Assembly (NCBI GenBank): GCA_963924565.1
Contig: OZ004612.1
Coordinates: 9,548,001 to 9,612,000, forward strand
Source of the DNA: Ascidiella aspersa
Taxonomy: Eukaryota
Direction: 5' to 3'
DNA: 64,000 nucleotides
The notes beneath the pieces are model-generated. The model searched no databases. It was given only the letters and a program-made list of their open reading frames with translations, and was not told the origin of the DNA. A program made the position numbers and the translations under genes. Each line of letters opens with the position of its first letter. The stretch's first letter is position 1. This document shows positions 38,713 through 52,495 of the stretch, piece by piece.

Positions 38713-40412
38713 CCTTCAAAGTTTGCGAAATTGTTACATTACTGGACAAAAACTTCCGTTTTGCAAATTCAGTTAATTTAAGCTGTGTTAAAGTTTTCGG
38801 CACAAATAAAAATGCAACACAATTGAAATAACTTATTAGGCCTACATGTACAGCAACTATAGAAATATATTTTGTTGCTTATTCAAATATTGAATATAGA
38901 TCGTCGTTTTTGTGTGTTAAATCTATCAGCTTTTTCAAGCCATTATATTCAAATACATGTTTTTTTAGACTTGTTTACGTAGTCCTACTGTTTAGTTTAG
39001 ACATCATCTTATTGGAAAACGATTTTTTTTAATTTGTTTTTGTCTTTATTAGTTGCATGTTTAAATTGAAAACAAAATATTATTGATCAACTTGTATTGT
39101 ATACTATAGTTAAACTTGAATTTTAAATACTCCTAACCCTCGCAAAATAAATTCTATCTATGCCTGTAGTGTAGGATGTTGTTGGCACAATTTGGTTTTA
39201 AAAACTGTTCGGTATTAATTCTTTATATTAATTAAATACGGTCAGTCCAGAACAAAATATTACCATTTTAGTAAAATTGGGTTGATTCAGTCGATCATCG
39301 AATTTAATAGGTGCTAACTTGCTATTTGTTTTGGAGTTTGTTATGCAAAATAGTTCCCAGAATGGAACGCGTTTTAATTTTTTGTTTTTGTTTATTTTGT
39401 GAGGTAACTTTCAAATTTATTTGTGATTCGGATTAGCCTGCGTTGAAAACATCTAAGACTAGGTCTTGCTATTTGTTAAATATGACAGGACTTAGAATAA
39501 GTTATTTCCAAATTACTTGATTACAGCACTGAATGATTTCACGAAATCCGCATCACACCGAAATGTTGATCGCTTTCCTTACCACCTGAAAGCCTTCACG
39601 TATAACAGGTTGATAACCACTGCTTCAGGAACTCCCAAATAATGAACTTGATAGACCGAAACATGCACCAAAAATCGCCGATATAATCAGCAAACAAAAA
39701 CTAATGGTTGAAAAAATGTCGACAGCATGCTGGGCGATCAAAACCCCGTTTTCGCTATGTTTGTTCACAAATATAAACACTGTCCCAGGTCGTGTATTAT
39801 TACAAAACTTTAAAATTGTCTCGGCTGCCTCTAAATAAATGTCACAAACAAGTACTCTGTCCAACTTAACGAGGCGTGGGAATTATACTTAAGGATGCGT
39901 GAAAACCGCTAAAAAAACTTCACCAGCGTATCGCAGTTGGGTAATTCCAAGTTTGTTTTTTTAAACACGATTCTGTAAAAAACAACGAATGTGTAAAGCC
40001 TGAAGCAAATGGCCATATCCTGTTGCGTTTCAATAATTTCAACAGTTCGTTTCCACCATATAATGGATTCAAAACAGGCCATTTTGATAGCAAACGAGAG
40101 AAGAAATTCGTTAGTTCGCGTCGACTAGTGTCGCAACAACAAAAAAGAGGCCAAATCCGCATAATCGCCGTCGAAAAAAAAATAAAACAAAACCTGAAGT
40201 CACGCAGTTAAACAAAACAACGTACACGCTGTCGAAAAACGAAAGCACAAGAGGCTGCACCGTAACAGTGTGAAGCACAAACGTTTTTTTGGCAGTATCG
40301 GAACGAAACAAACACCAGCGTTGTCCTAACGCACGTATTTGCCCGCCCATTCGTCGATAGCGCGGCTCACACTCTCGGCCGGCCCTGCACACAGAAGACA
40401 CAGTCGGCGCTG

Positions 40413-43400
40413 CTAGCTACCGTTCTTCCTTAGATGCGTCGAAATGTCCTTCATGGTTTCCAGCATCTGTTTCTGCATGGCGACCAGGCTCTCGAGGGAG
40501 TGTGCGATGCGAGTCTGACTCTGGCCGAGCAGTCGCAGGCTTTCGGGCAAGCAGAGCAGCGCGTCAAGCGGCAGATCGATGGGCTCGCTGCCCCAACCGT
40601 TCGTGAGCGGCGGCGACGAGGCTGTTTGTTCTTTGGGCGGCTCTTGCGTTTCTACGGGCTCGTTTTCTTTCCACACGGGTTCGAGTTTAAGCGGCGGTAA
40701 CCGCAGTGGGCTTTTCGCGGCCGGACGAAGCGCCTCGCTTTCGTTCTCATCCTCCGAGAGATATTCGTCCAAGGGCGGGTGACCGTTTGCGAATTCCTTC
40801 TCGTCGTCGTAGAGAATCTCGAGGCGCTGCACCGGGCCGCTATTGGCGGTGGAATTGCGGTTCTGGAGGACCAGGGAAGGCCGGTCCAGGCCCGGGCCGC
40901 CCGACCACTTGTCGATTTCGTCGTAGGCACGCTTTTTGGCCTTGGCCGTGGCGTCGGTGCTGCAGCGGTAGGCCTTCATCATCATAACTTCGACCTTGAG
41001 CAGCTTGGCCACCTCGGGGAAGGTGAGGGGAATGGGCTGTGCGTGAAATAAATATTTATTAGATATGGCATACACCGGTGGTTTCAAACCGTTTGTGGTC
41101 GCGAGCCCTAAGTTTAGTAAAGTATTACACATCAATCAGATTACACTCATATTATATAATTTGGCAAAACGTTCACATTTCTATACAAACTATCAAAATT
41201 TGGCAAAAATGCTTCGATTTACCCCGAAGCAGGCAACAATAATTTGAGTTACCTTTCAAGGTATTTTTTGCTACAAACAAGACTGGTTTTAGTTCAGGCT
41301 GGCACAATCTTGCCAGCCTTCTGGTGACAAGCATTTTTGGCGAAAATTCTTCGGTTTTTGGTCACGCCCCTAAGCTTAAATGATGTGTTCGCCTAAGGAA
41401 TGTATGAACCTTGCCATGTTTTGGCGATATACAAGGCTATTAATAAGTAAACATTAGACAACAAAACGTAGCGCCTAAGGCGCAAAATTTTTTGTGATAT
41501 TAAGTCATTAACAAATACATAAGGGCAAGTGAAGGTACAACCTGGGGCCTGGGGTGCATGTACATGTCTGCTTTTCAGGCAAACTTATGTGAAAACGTGC
41601 TGCTCAAAGCCAGATTGAAAAGCAGGAAAAAATATTCTTTGGATAAATTTTCCAATTATATTGCTCGAAATAATGATATTTATAATAAAATTGAATAGAA
41701 ATTGTCACATTCATAGTGTATCATGCCCCATAGTATGCATATTACCTTTGGGATAGATTTGTTGAAAACAAAGACACATAAACCTAGCAAAACCAGGCTA
41801 AAGAAAATTTTTTGCATTTGCGTAATTAAACAACCAAAAATATACTTCAGGCCCTAGGGGGAAAAGCATAGCCTGGTACATCCTTAATATGCCGATGTGA
41901 ATGTTATACCTGGACATTTAACAGGAATGGGGAATTCAACTCAATATACAGGAAATCAACTCAATATAGAAATACTTGCCAATTTAAAGTATAACTGCCT
42001 ACACATAACAATTGTATGATCAAAAGTGTGTACTTTTTAAATAATAAATAGTCTATATGCCTTGCACTGGCTTTTTCTCACTAAACAACGTGCTTCACAC
42101 TACCGTAACTTTTTTCAAAATGACACAACAAAATTAATTTCTGCTAATTGTAAAATAGATGTGATTAAATATGTGTGGAAACAACCACAAGGTGTTTTGT
42201 AAATTTAATGTTAGAAAAAAAATTTTCACAAAAAATTTTTCGAAAAAAAAAAAATTTCGAAAAATTAAAAAAAAATTTTTTTTTCAAATTTTATTTTTTA
42301 CTTAAAATTTTTTTTGCACCAATTTCTTCGGTTTTCTGGCTGATTCTTCGGCCGACATAGTCGCCAAGTCGCCAGCATTCTGCCATACTATTTTAGTTTA
42401 CATCATTTTTTTTCTCGTCTATTTTTGGTTTAACAAATATACAAAGCGACCCGCCCAGACCTTTTGCCAACCCTAGGTTGGGAACCACTTGGATACATCT
42501 TTAAACCAGGGGTCCTTGAACTTTTAGAAACTGAAATAAAGACTAAATACATTTAAGAATAAGTCATCAAGAAGCATTTTTTCAGTTAAATTATTTTCAC
42601 TTTAATTTTTTAAACTATACACCAAGGTTTCTAATTGGGTTGGTATGAACCCCCTAAAGCTAGTACATATACCCCCCAGGGGGCCACAGATCCCAGTTTA
42701 AGAGCCCCTGATTTAAACACTGCTACAAAGTGTACAAGAATCTATATCTTAACAACTGTACTTCATGGTAGAGAGTATACATTCAGTTTTCAACATCCTT
42801 ACAGCTAAATAAAGGTAAGTTGATCTTTTAATAGTTAAGCTAACACAGTTTTGTTTTAATCAAAGCAATCAAGTTACAAAATGACAGGCAGCAAGAATAT
42901 TGATGGGTTTAAAATGACCAATCTAGACATACGTAACTGTGCTGGTTACAAATCCAGAGAGCTTATAAATAAATATGGCTGAGCAATAAACAAGATAAAT
43001 CAATACTGCACAGTCAATCGCCATGAATTTTGAGTAAAGTGGATTTGTATATTAAAGCTTATCTTATCTGTTTAAGGGTTCAGAATGCATTAGTTTGATG
43101 TTACATCCATATATATTGTATCATTTGAGTTTTGATACGCAATTGTCGACACCGAAAGTAATGCAAATCACAATCCACTTAAATTGCCACTAATTTAATA
43201 AGTGCGTACAAAAGCCATTTAACAAACACAACACGTTGATCTTAATGAAAGCTGCTGGTATGTAAAGCATGTGAATTGTATTTTCCTAATGCCATTATAA
43301 AAAACAAGGGTGCAAGTAAAACACATTAATTAGCATTACACCTTCAGGTGGATTAACACTAAAATATTACCTCCTTTCTATTTTGTTCAGGGCTACCGAT

Positions 43401-46400
43401 TAGATCTTCAGGGTTTCCATACAGGTCAATTAGGTCTTCTTGACTTACAGACTTATTTTCCTTATGAAATTCTGAAAAAAGTTATCAAAGTTGCTTAAAA
43501 TATTAATTAAAAATGTGTCAGGAATGAAAAAAAGACATTGTAATTGCGTGCTGAATGTATGTTACAAACAATTACATTAGAAAATTAAGTAGAAATGTCA
43601 ACATTCCAGTTACATTTCACCTGTGCTTTAAAACAAGTGTAACAAACAATGCCATAATCCATTACATAGATCTGCTAAACACACTTCACAAATAAACAGA
43701 AGTTACCGGTTGCCTGTCTACAGATTTCCAAGGCAGCTTCTCTTGCTTGTTTGTGTTCATTTGAGGCAAGATGTCTCATTAACCTGCGAACCCTCCACCC
43801 AGACAATGGTGGATCTTGGCCAATTGCCCATAAACAGGTTTTGGCCTGAGCAACTTTGCTGCTTCTGCATAATCTAAGAACAAACAAACATATGAAATGG
43901 TATTGCGTGTTAAGCATAAACCAAATTTAACTTTAAATGACATCCCACCCAAACCTTTGTGGTTTATATGCTACCATGTGACATCTTTGTGAAATTATTT
44001 GTTAATTAGGTACTTTGTGATAAAATATAATACCTAAAGGTAAATAAAGATTTAATTTAATTAAATTGACCATTCCATTCATGAAGAGCTTTTTTGAAAC
44101 AACAAAAAAACATTGTAACTTCTCCGTCTCACAAAATGATTAAAATAAAACTTGTCTAAAACAGTACATTTGATGATTTACTTGGCTGTGAAGGGCAAAA
44201 GTCTTGCATGTGTAATTTCTAAAGTCAGGTCTGTAAACGAACCAGAGTTATATATTTTTCATCCATTTGCATCACAACATAATAAACATTTGCATGCTAA
44301 ATTACAGCAATTACAAGCCTTTTAAATGTCTTTTAGCATTTCTTTGTTTCCAAATGGTTATTGTTATTTATTTATTTACATTCAATTTTTTAGACATTTA
44401 TGAATATGTTCAGTGTTTAGACATAGTTTGGGTATATGTGTTAAAAATGTGAAAATGGCAATAATGGATGTCTTAAACTTTGCTCTGAGGAACCAATGTA
44501 ACTTCAGGTAGATCAAACCGTGGTCACAATACACTAGATCACTATGTCCAAGATTGCAATCACCTTGGGCAAAATATTATGCACATATCCTTCATGGGCC
44601 AAATACAGGAGGTTAGTATTCGGCCATTACAGGCAAGCCTAATCTTACAAAGCACGCAAAAATTGCATTCAATTGGTTTAAGTTGACAAAGATCTCATTT
44701 TAAAACCAACTAGACCGATTGGTTACATGAAAAGCACATTGCTCAATAAAATGATGTTTCTCACAATGGTTTTTGAGTAAAATTGTTCCTCGACTTTCTA
44801 AAGTTCTACTGGTGTCATTTAGGATCCATTGACCATATTGCAGAGGAATTGTATTGAGAATTCGCACAAACAGCAAGAGTTGCATAGTAGAACACTTTGC
44901 AAAAAATGCATTGTTGTAAGTCCATGCCCAGGTACCCCCACCAACCTTCTGAATCTTCCCTCATTTATGTATGTTTTTTGTATGTGGGACACTAACACTG
45001 TAATGAACGAAATATAAAATGTTTGCCCATCACTAAATTAAACAATATTCCACAGGACACATAATTATAAAGATGTGGCCAGTGGGCCTGGGTTTGGACC
45101 ACCTTGCACTACATGACTACATATTTTAAAAGGAAAAATCCAATTGGTAAAACTTATATTATACAAAGTACCATTATATGCAGTCTTAAGGTTATAATAT
45201 TCCTAAAATAGTGGCTAAACAAAATAAAAAATAAAAATTCAGCAAACTTGATTGCACCCGTGCCTGCTTTTAAATTAATATATGCAAATATGCATTGTAG
45301 TCTAACATGCCTTCTGACTGCAAATATATATTCCGGTTTTATAGCTGCACCCGGTTAGAACATAAGGTTAAATCCTGTATGTATTTGCACTCTCAGCACA
45401 CATTAGAAAAGTGCAGTAAAACTCTCGCCATGCATTGTAAAATCGCAGTAAAACGAGTTTTAGCCGCTGTCATAGTAAACGAGTTCAGACATTAAATGTC
45501 GCTCAAAAGTGCAAAACTGTCATGCTAATGGAGTTTTGACATTTCATGTGTTTTTATTTTTAGAAGCGCAAAATGAAAGATCAAAGGTATTAGAGTTGCA
45601 CAAATTTTAGCAAAAATTGTATTACAGCCGCACAATTTTAAGCTGCATAAACATCTTAAGCGCAATATCTAAAGTTTCCTATCTGGTGCCTGCATAATAA
45701 GCAAGATTATTTTACATTGGGCATTTTTGCAGCTAAATTAATACACAATATTTCAAACTTCTATTAAAGAAAAGTTTAGTGATCAGTATAATTTAAAAAA
45801 TATAAGAACAGTTTCCATGTTAAATTGAAATAATATAACATTACAGTATCAAACTTAAGAGTAACTCCTCTGCACCATTGCTTGTGGCAACAACTTTTGC
45901 GGATATTTTGGGTGTGCTTATATTCAAGTAGGTCAGTGTACAATATATACAGGTTTTAAGCCGGATGTCAACATTTCTAACAACTCAATCACTGATAAAA
46001 ATTAAACATAATTTTCACAAATGGTATGATCAATTTACTTACTTATTTGCAGACACAAATTGGTTGTAATATTGTAGGACAAATTAGGCATGAAGTGGTG
46101 CATTATTATTTTGGCTGTTTAAACTATACAAAAATGCAAAATATTTTGTGGTGTGTGCGCATGATTTTTATTTTAAATATAAATATGTTCGTTTTAAATG
46201 GCTGTTATCACCTCAAACATGCTGTGCGCATGAAAAACTACTTGCATAACATGGAACTCTCTTAAAATTAATGTTTCCCAACCTATTTTTGAATTTTTCT
46301 GAGATGCTTTTCCATCCTTTATGAAAAACATGTAACAGCGAGAGTAAGCAGGGTGTGAATATATTTTGACTGTCTCCTTCTAAATTATTTTGTTTTTACT

Positions 46401-47259
46401 AAACCAAACAAAATGCAATTTTTATGTTGCTGCCTAACTTGATAAGTATGTGATTAATTTTTAGCTGCATAAAATAATGGTTTGCACCTGATTAAATTTT
46501 ATAGTTATCACTTTTAATTTAAAAAAATGTTGGTGGAAATTTATTATGGCTGCCGAGGTCGCTGATCCCAGAGCTAGGGTACGAGCACCTGCCATAGAAT
46601 GTAGAATAACTTGCGAAATTAAAGATTCTTGACAAAAAATGTTTACTATAAACCAGTGATTCCAAACCAGTGGGGCCCACCAATGGGCCGCAAAGCTAGA
46701 TCCGGTGGGGCGAGGAGCATTTCTAAATGTTACAGTTTTCTATTAGATCAGAAAATTATTGCATTGTCATGTTATCACATTTATGAAGCAATATTACAAA
46801 TACATAGCAATTAGATGTGTTGTTTTGCATTAACTATTTCAGTACGTACGCCAGTAGTAAAACATTTGGTTATATCTCATTGTGCGTTGCACAATAATAC
46901 TTGCATTAAAAGTGGGTCGTGAACTGAAAAGGGTGGGGAAGCACTGCTATAAACCATCTATTGGCAGTAGGGGACTTGAGTGCAATCTGGATAATGAGGT
47001 ACTAGTTTAAAGAACTGAGCAAAAACTGGTATTGAGGATTAAAAATTATGTAAGTAATTATATTAAGTAATAGGAACAATTGCCGTTTCATGCATAGTGT
47101 AACAATCTATTGTAAGGCATGCAGAAAAACAAAGGAGAGAGTCAAAATCAATTGCAACACAATTTCAACATACTTGCAAAACGTAAAGTTTATGTCTGGC
47201 TGGTGGCAAAAGGAAGGGAATTTCCGGCACCAAATCGGACACCACTTGCGCACATCCAT
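40413..47259 (-). CDS. TTF/C17orf113-type zinc-finger protein with C-terminal coiled coil, about 325 aa, 4 exons
   Basis: Exons 47259-47174, 43873-43707, 43471-43371, 41036-40413 join in frame. The exon 1/2 junction rebuilds the finger WCPIWCRKFPSF...FTFC|KLC...WAIG...WRVRRLMRHLASNEHKQA (CxxC...HxxSxxH pattern). C-terminal heptads LRLLGQSQTRIAHSLESLVAMQKQMLETMKDIS. Confidence 0.7.
42507..42710. mobile_element. Non-autonomous hAT MITE
   Basis: TIR caggggtcctt ... aagagcccctg; TSD ctttaaac / atttaaac (7 of 8). Confidence 0.75.
46654..46946. mobile_element. Non-autonomous hAT MITE with perfect 8-bp TSD
   Basis: TIR cagtgattccaaacc ... ggtggggaagcactg, flanked on both sides by ctataaac. Confidence 0.85.
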
Positions 47260-47439
47260 GGCTTTCTAGCAACATCCAGAAAAGGCAATAACGATCGGTA
47301 ATAAGCTAAAAACAAACGCACTGTTTTGTAAACTGTACAGCACGTTGAAATTCAAATTCACTCAGGTTGGTGTTTCAAGGTATCTCACAGCATTACGCCA
47401 AAATCGATTAGTTTTGAATCGTTGTGCAGTTTGGTGACT

Positions 47440-47530
47440 TCCGAAGTAACGCGAAACCTCGCGAATGCGCTCGATCAGGCGTGACGTCACCTTCGCGAAT
47501 ATTCTGGTGAATTCCCTCGGTGTATAAAAT
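47440..47530 (+). promoter_or_regulatory. HSE, CRE and TATA promoter of HSP70 copy B, shared head-to-head with the TTF zinc-finger gene
   Basis: Perfect CRE tgacgtca at 47482-47489, HSE cTTCg-cGAAt-aTTCt at 47491-47505, more GAA units at about 47452-47465, TATAAAA at 47523-47529. Confidence 0.85.
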
Positions 47531-47654
47531 ATCGCGCTACAGAACGAACAGCACACAACTCAAAGAGTTTAACCACGAACAGAAACGAAGTTCGAAGAAT
47601 AGCTAGACGCAATTTATACTATTTGAAAGAGTTATTACTGAAGAAAGAAAGAAA

Positions 47655-49550
47655 ATGTCAACTGCAGTCGGAATTGATCTCGGAACGACCTATTCTTGTG
47701 TCGGTGTGTTTCGACACGGAAAGGTCGAAATCATAGCTAACGACCAAGGCAATCGGACCACGCCAAGTTATGTGGCGTTCAACGATACTGAAAGGCTGAT
47801 TGGAGACGGCGCTAAAGACCAGGTGGCAAGAAATCCTAACAACACAATTTTCGACGCTAAACGCTTGATTGGAAGACGGTTAGACGAAGAAACAGTTCAG
47901 AGCGACAAGAAGCATTGGCCCTTTTCGGTGATCAACAATGCGGGAAAGCCTAACCTGGAGGTCGAGTACCAAGGAGAAAGAAAGAGATTTTCACCGGAGG
48001 AAATCAGCGCCATGGTCCTCTCTAAGATGAAGCAAATTTCCGAAGCTTACCTCGGCGAACCTGTGAAAGACGCAGTGATCACAGTTCCAGCTTACTTCAA
48101 CGATTCCCAGCGTCAGGCAACCAAAGACGCAGGCACCATCGCTGGAATCAACGTTCTTCGAGTCATCAACGAACCAACGGCGGCAGCCTTGGCTTACGGA
48201 CTCGACAAAAAGATGAACGGCGAGCAGAAGATCTTGGTTTTTGATCTCGGCGGCGGCACTTTTGACGTTTCAGTCTTGCTCATCGACGAAGGCTCAATTT
48301 TCGAAGTTCTGTCAACAGCGGGAGACACTCATTTGGGCGGAGAAGACTTCGACAACCGAATGGTGGACCATTTCGTAAAAGAGTTTAAGCGCAAGCACAA
48401 CAAGGATATTTCGAAAAGCAATCGCGCGATCAGAAGACTGCGAACCGCCTGCGAAAGAGCTAAGAGGGTTTTGTCGACCTCGACCGAAGCAGCAATTGAG
48501 TTAGAGTCGTTGTTTGAGGGAATCGACTTCTACAGCAAAATCTCGAGAGCCAGATTCGAGGAGCTGTGCGCTGATCTCTTCAGATCCTGCCTCGAACCGG
48601 TGGAGAAAGCGCTCCGTGATGCCAAGCTCAACAAGTCCAATATAGACGAGATCGTTTTGGTTGGAGGATCGACAAGAATCCCACGCGTACAAAAAATCCT
48701 CAGCGATTTCTTCAACGGCAAAGGCTTGAACAAGTCGATTAATCCGGACGAAGCGGTTGCGTACGGTGCAGCTGTCCAGGCCGCCGTCCTTACAGGAAGC
48801 TCTGACGTCAAAGACGTGCTCTTGGTAGATGTTGCCCCCCTCTCGCTCGGGATCGAGACCTCGGGAAGCGTTATGACAAAGCTGGTGGAGAGAAACACTC
48901 GCATCCCTTGCAAGACTTCAGAGACGTTTACGACCTACGCCGACAACCAGCCAGCCGTCACAATCCAGGTCTACGAAGGCGAGCGGGCGCTTACGAAGGA
49001 CAACAACATACTCGGAACCTTCAACCTGACCGGCATACCACCGGCGCCGAGGGGCGTCCCCAAGATCAAGGTGTCGTTCGATATCGACGCCAACGGTATC
49101 CTGCAAGTGTCGGCGCAGGACGAGAGCACTGGCAAGTCGAACCAGATCACAATCAACAAGGGTCGCCTTTCCAAGGCCGACATCGAGCGAATGCTGGCCG
49201 AAGCCGAGAAATACAAGGATGACGACGCAAAGCAGCTGGAAAGGTTCAAGGCGCGAAACGATCTGGAGAGCTACTTATACGGCGTCAAGAACGCGGTCGA
49301 GGATCCCAACACCGGAAGCAAGATATCGGAGGAAGACAAAACGAAAGTCTTAGCGGCGTGCGCTGAAGAGCAGAAGTGGCTGGACGGCAACTCGTTGGCT
49401 GACAAGGAAGAGTTTGCGTACCACCTCAAAGAGCTGCAGAAGAGGTGCCAGCCTGTGATGAGCAACCTCCATTCTGCTGGTGGTGCCGCATCTGGCCCTA
49501 AGCAAGCACAAGGATCAGACAACGGTCCAGTAATCGATGAGGTGGATTAG
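47655..49550 (+). CDS. HSP70: Inducible cytosolic Hsp70, copy B, intronless
   Basis: All three Hsp70 signatures, [10 protein letters not shown]-terminal GPVIDEVD; paralogue of copy A. Confidence 0.98.
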   Translation: MSTAVGIDLGTTYSCVGVFRHGKVEIIANDQGNRTTPSYVAFNDTERLIGDGAKDQVARNPNNTIFDAKRLIGRRLDEETVQSDKKHWPFSVINNAGKPNLEVEYQGERKRFSPEEISAMVLSKMKQISEAYLGEPVKDAVITVPAYFNDSQRQATKDAGTIAGINVLRVINEPTAAALAYGLDKKMNGEQKILVFDLGGGTFDVSVLLIDEGSIFEVLSTAGDTHLGGEDFDNRMVDHFVKEFKRKHNKDISKSNRAIRRLRTACERAKRVLSTSTEAAIELESLFEGIDFYSKISRARFEELCADLFRSCLEPVEKALRDAKLNKSNIDEIVLVGGSTRIPRVQKILSDFFNGKGLNKSINPDEAVAYGAAVQAAVLTGSSDVKDVLLVDVAPLSLGIETSGSVMTKLVERNTRIPCKTSETFTTYADNQPAVTIQVYEGERALTKDNNILGTFNLTGIPPAPRGVPKIKVSFDIDANGILQVSAQDESTGKSNQITINKGRLSKADIERMLAEAEKYKDDDAKQLERFKARNDLESYLYGVKNAVEDPNTGSKISEEDKTKVLAACAEEQKWLDGNSLADKEEFAYHLKELQKRCQPVMSNLHSAGGAASGPKQAQGSDNGPVIDEVD

Positions 49551-50107
49551 TGCACCTTGTTGGAAAGCCGCGCAAGTTTGTTTTTATTTAGTTTATCAGT
49601 GTTTTTCGTATATCAGTAAGTTTTTGTGTCGTTTTACGTTGCTGGACGATGTAATTTTTTTGATCATGATGTAAACATCCTTGAACAGTTTTAACTCGTG
49701 TATTGTGCAAAATGCATGCAGTACAATACGTTGTTTTCATAATTTATTTTTTGTAAGCTTTGTAAATAAATTATTGTACTTTCTTTTTATAATGGGTGTC
49801 AAACGCTTTTTTCTTCGCAATACAATACTTTTGTCAAAAGGTTTCTTTGATATTTTATTACCACATTAAAATATAGGACAGGTTGCATTAAATGCCCAGC
49901 AACTGGCAGATGATATAAAGAGTTTTATTTTAATATATTTTTTGTAAAAGTGGTGCGTTTTTAAAATTTTACGCATAACAGGTTGGTTGCTAGTTGTTTT
50001 CATAGTAGTTGCGATGCAAAAAAATGCTTGAAATAAAGTTATTCAATGATTCAAAAATGGTTTGTTTCGAAACAGTTATTTTTTGCTAAGACTTTGACTG
50101 ACTATGA

Positions 50108-50428
50108 CAGTGGTTCTTGAAGTTTTTTAACGCAGAAATCCTAAAAATGCTTTAGCTTCTTGTGGACCAGGGTCGGCGTGGAATTTTAGAAATGACATCA
50201 TAAATTGACGTCGTAAAACAAGTAGAGCTAGGAAACCTGCTGTTTTCAGTTCAACAAATGTGAAACTGAAATTAATTCTGAAAACATTAAAGAAAACGGA
50301 TCCGAGGGCGCTTTTAATTAAAACTCTTTTTTGTCTCCTATTTCTTATTTATTTAGGCCTTAATGGGATCCTTAAAATTGGGCCAAGTACCCCCGAGGGG
50401 TCCACGGACCCCAGTTTAAGAACACCTG
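50108..50428. mobile_element. Non-autonomous hAT MITE
   Basis: TIR cagtggttctt ... aagaacacctg; TSD gactatga / gactatgg. Confidence 0.75.
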
Positions 50429-51311
50429 GACTATGGGGAAGGGCAATGATCTGTACTGAAACTTTTACTTGGTATTTATCGGATTTTTTTTTGAATCAAT
50501 TTTGTCCAAACCTGACTAAGTATTTAGTATACTAAATTTTGAAAAATGTTAAAGTTAGGGTAGGATTTTAAATACAGGTGTGCAAAGAAACACGATTGCA
50601 CACCTGCGCATCTTAAAATTTGGCGGGGCACAACTGAGATCTTGTGATAAATTGTCATGAAATGCAGATTAGCTTTTACTGGGACTTGAGTCATTTCCCT
50701 AAGACTTGTTTACAACCCTACCAAAACTTAACATCTTAAATACCTTTCGAAATATGCTTACCTCGTTCCATGTCGCCAAAGTCTCTCTCATCATATAAAA
50801 TCCACCGATACACGATTAAAAAAAAGTTGGAAACTTTACGTGCGTTTACTACGGTATTAAATTACGAAGTGAGAAAAAAAACTTGCACAGTTCCATTGTT
50901 TTAATTTGTTTATTTTGTAACAATGGTCGTGTTGGTAATAGTTAAATTTGCAACAAATTACAAAATGTACAATTTCTACAACCATGCACATTATTGCACA
51001 TCCTTACATTTGATTTGCTGATCCAGCCTAATTAAACCTTTTGTTGTTGGTAAGTGTTTAACTGATTATACCAAATTTATAAAAAACTACCAATAGCTGG
51101 TATCGGCAAGTTGACAGTCAAGGAGTCCCTAATTTTGAAAAGCTGCATAAGTTTACCTACTTTTTTCAGTTCAGACATGGTGTCCCATACGTAATATGTT
51201 ATTCCGATACCGATACAGACAATAAGTTTCCCGATCTTAAACGATACAAAATGTCCCATACGTGAGGTTTTTATCCGCGATATTTTAGACACAAAGTTTC
51301 GCGTTCTAAAA

Positions 51312-51848
51312 CAGGGAGTCAAACCGGAACCGGACCGGAACTTTATGAACTGGTTTTGGGTCAATTTTATCCGAACCGTAATCGAACCTGAACCGGTTTT
51401 TATAAGATTTTAAGGAGCCGAACCGGAACTGAACCGAATAATTTAAAAGAACATAAACCTTAACCGAACCCGAACCTGTAAACAAAAGCGGTTCACTCCA
51501 GCATGATGTCACAACCTCTTTTTACAGATTTAAGTTACGACATGTTCGAAATTTTATGACAAAATTTCTAAATATTGATTAAAACAACGTTGATATTTTT
51601 ATTTTTTAGATATTTCAATAATGAGTTGCTGTTTTTTGAATACGTCCCGTAACTTAGATTAAATGACTTACAATTCAAAGTCTCTACATGTATTAACCCA
51701 CATTTTATAGATTTAACGCAATTTATATTGTATCCTAACCGGAACTTTTTGAACCGGTTTTGAATTAACGATGGTCGAACCGGAGCTGAACCGGATTTGA
51801 AAAAAATCCTTGAACCTGAACCGGAAAAGTCAAACGGCCAACTCCCTG
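51312..51848. mobile_element. Non-autonomous hAT-like element with internal (G)AACCGG subterminal repeats
   Basis: TIR cagggagt ... actccctg; TSD ttctaaaa / atctaaaa; many aaccgg/gaaccg motifs clustered near both ends. Confidence 0.8.
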
Positions 51849-52495
51849 ATCTAAAACGATAACAAATGACGTCATAACTATCCCTAAACATGCAAAATAC
51901 GTGCATTTGAAAGGTTCAAAGGTATTTTTGCCAGGCTACTAGGTCAAAAATTGCTTCAGCTTTAAGAAATGTTTGGCATATTTTTTCATTATGAATTTAG
52001 GCTACCTATCAAGATTGAAATGTTGGATTGCAAACCAAAGCACTGAGATTCCAATGGTAATTGGGGATCGAATCGGCCCCTCTACGAGAATATTATCGGA
52101 CGAGTGCCGCTTCTACTACTTGGCACGAGGTATCGGCTTCCATCCGATATTATCGGATATCCCTATGATGATTTAAACATACCGATATCTTGTTTTGAAT
52201 TGTGTCTACAATTCTAAACTGTTAATAGCTTATTTTAAGATAAAAATATCTTTGTTTTGTTTGATTTAAATTATTTTATTTTATTGTATAGGGCCGCAAC
52301 TTCATCAGACGGGAACCTGGGACGATATCCACCATGTTTAACGATATTTGGCAATAAACTGATCTCAGTATAGCCAATGATTGTTTAGTAATCAAAATAA
52401 AACATTTTGAAATTTACAAAAAACGGTTCCAAGTTCGGCAATAATTTTGCCCGAAACCGCTACATTAAAATACGGTTCAGGCCGACTCCCTGGTA

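Noticed and set aside
42210-42320. Quasi-palindromic A/T tracts and a 61-aa K/F-rich ORF
   Set aside because: Low-complexity intronic sequence.
51312-51848. Regularly recurring AACCGG motifs that superficially resemble a CRISPR or satellite array
   Set aside because: Irregular spacing, bounded by a TIR and TSD, eukaryotic context and no cas genes; these are subterminal transposon repeats.
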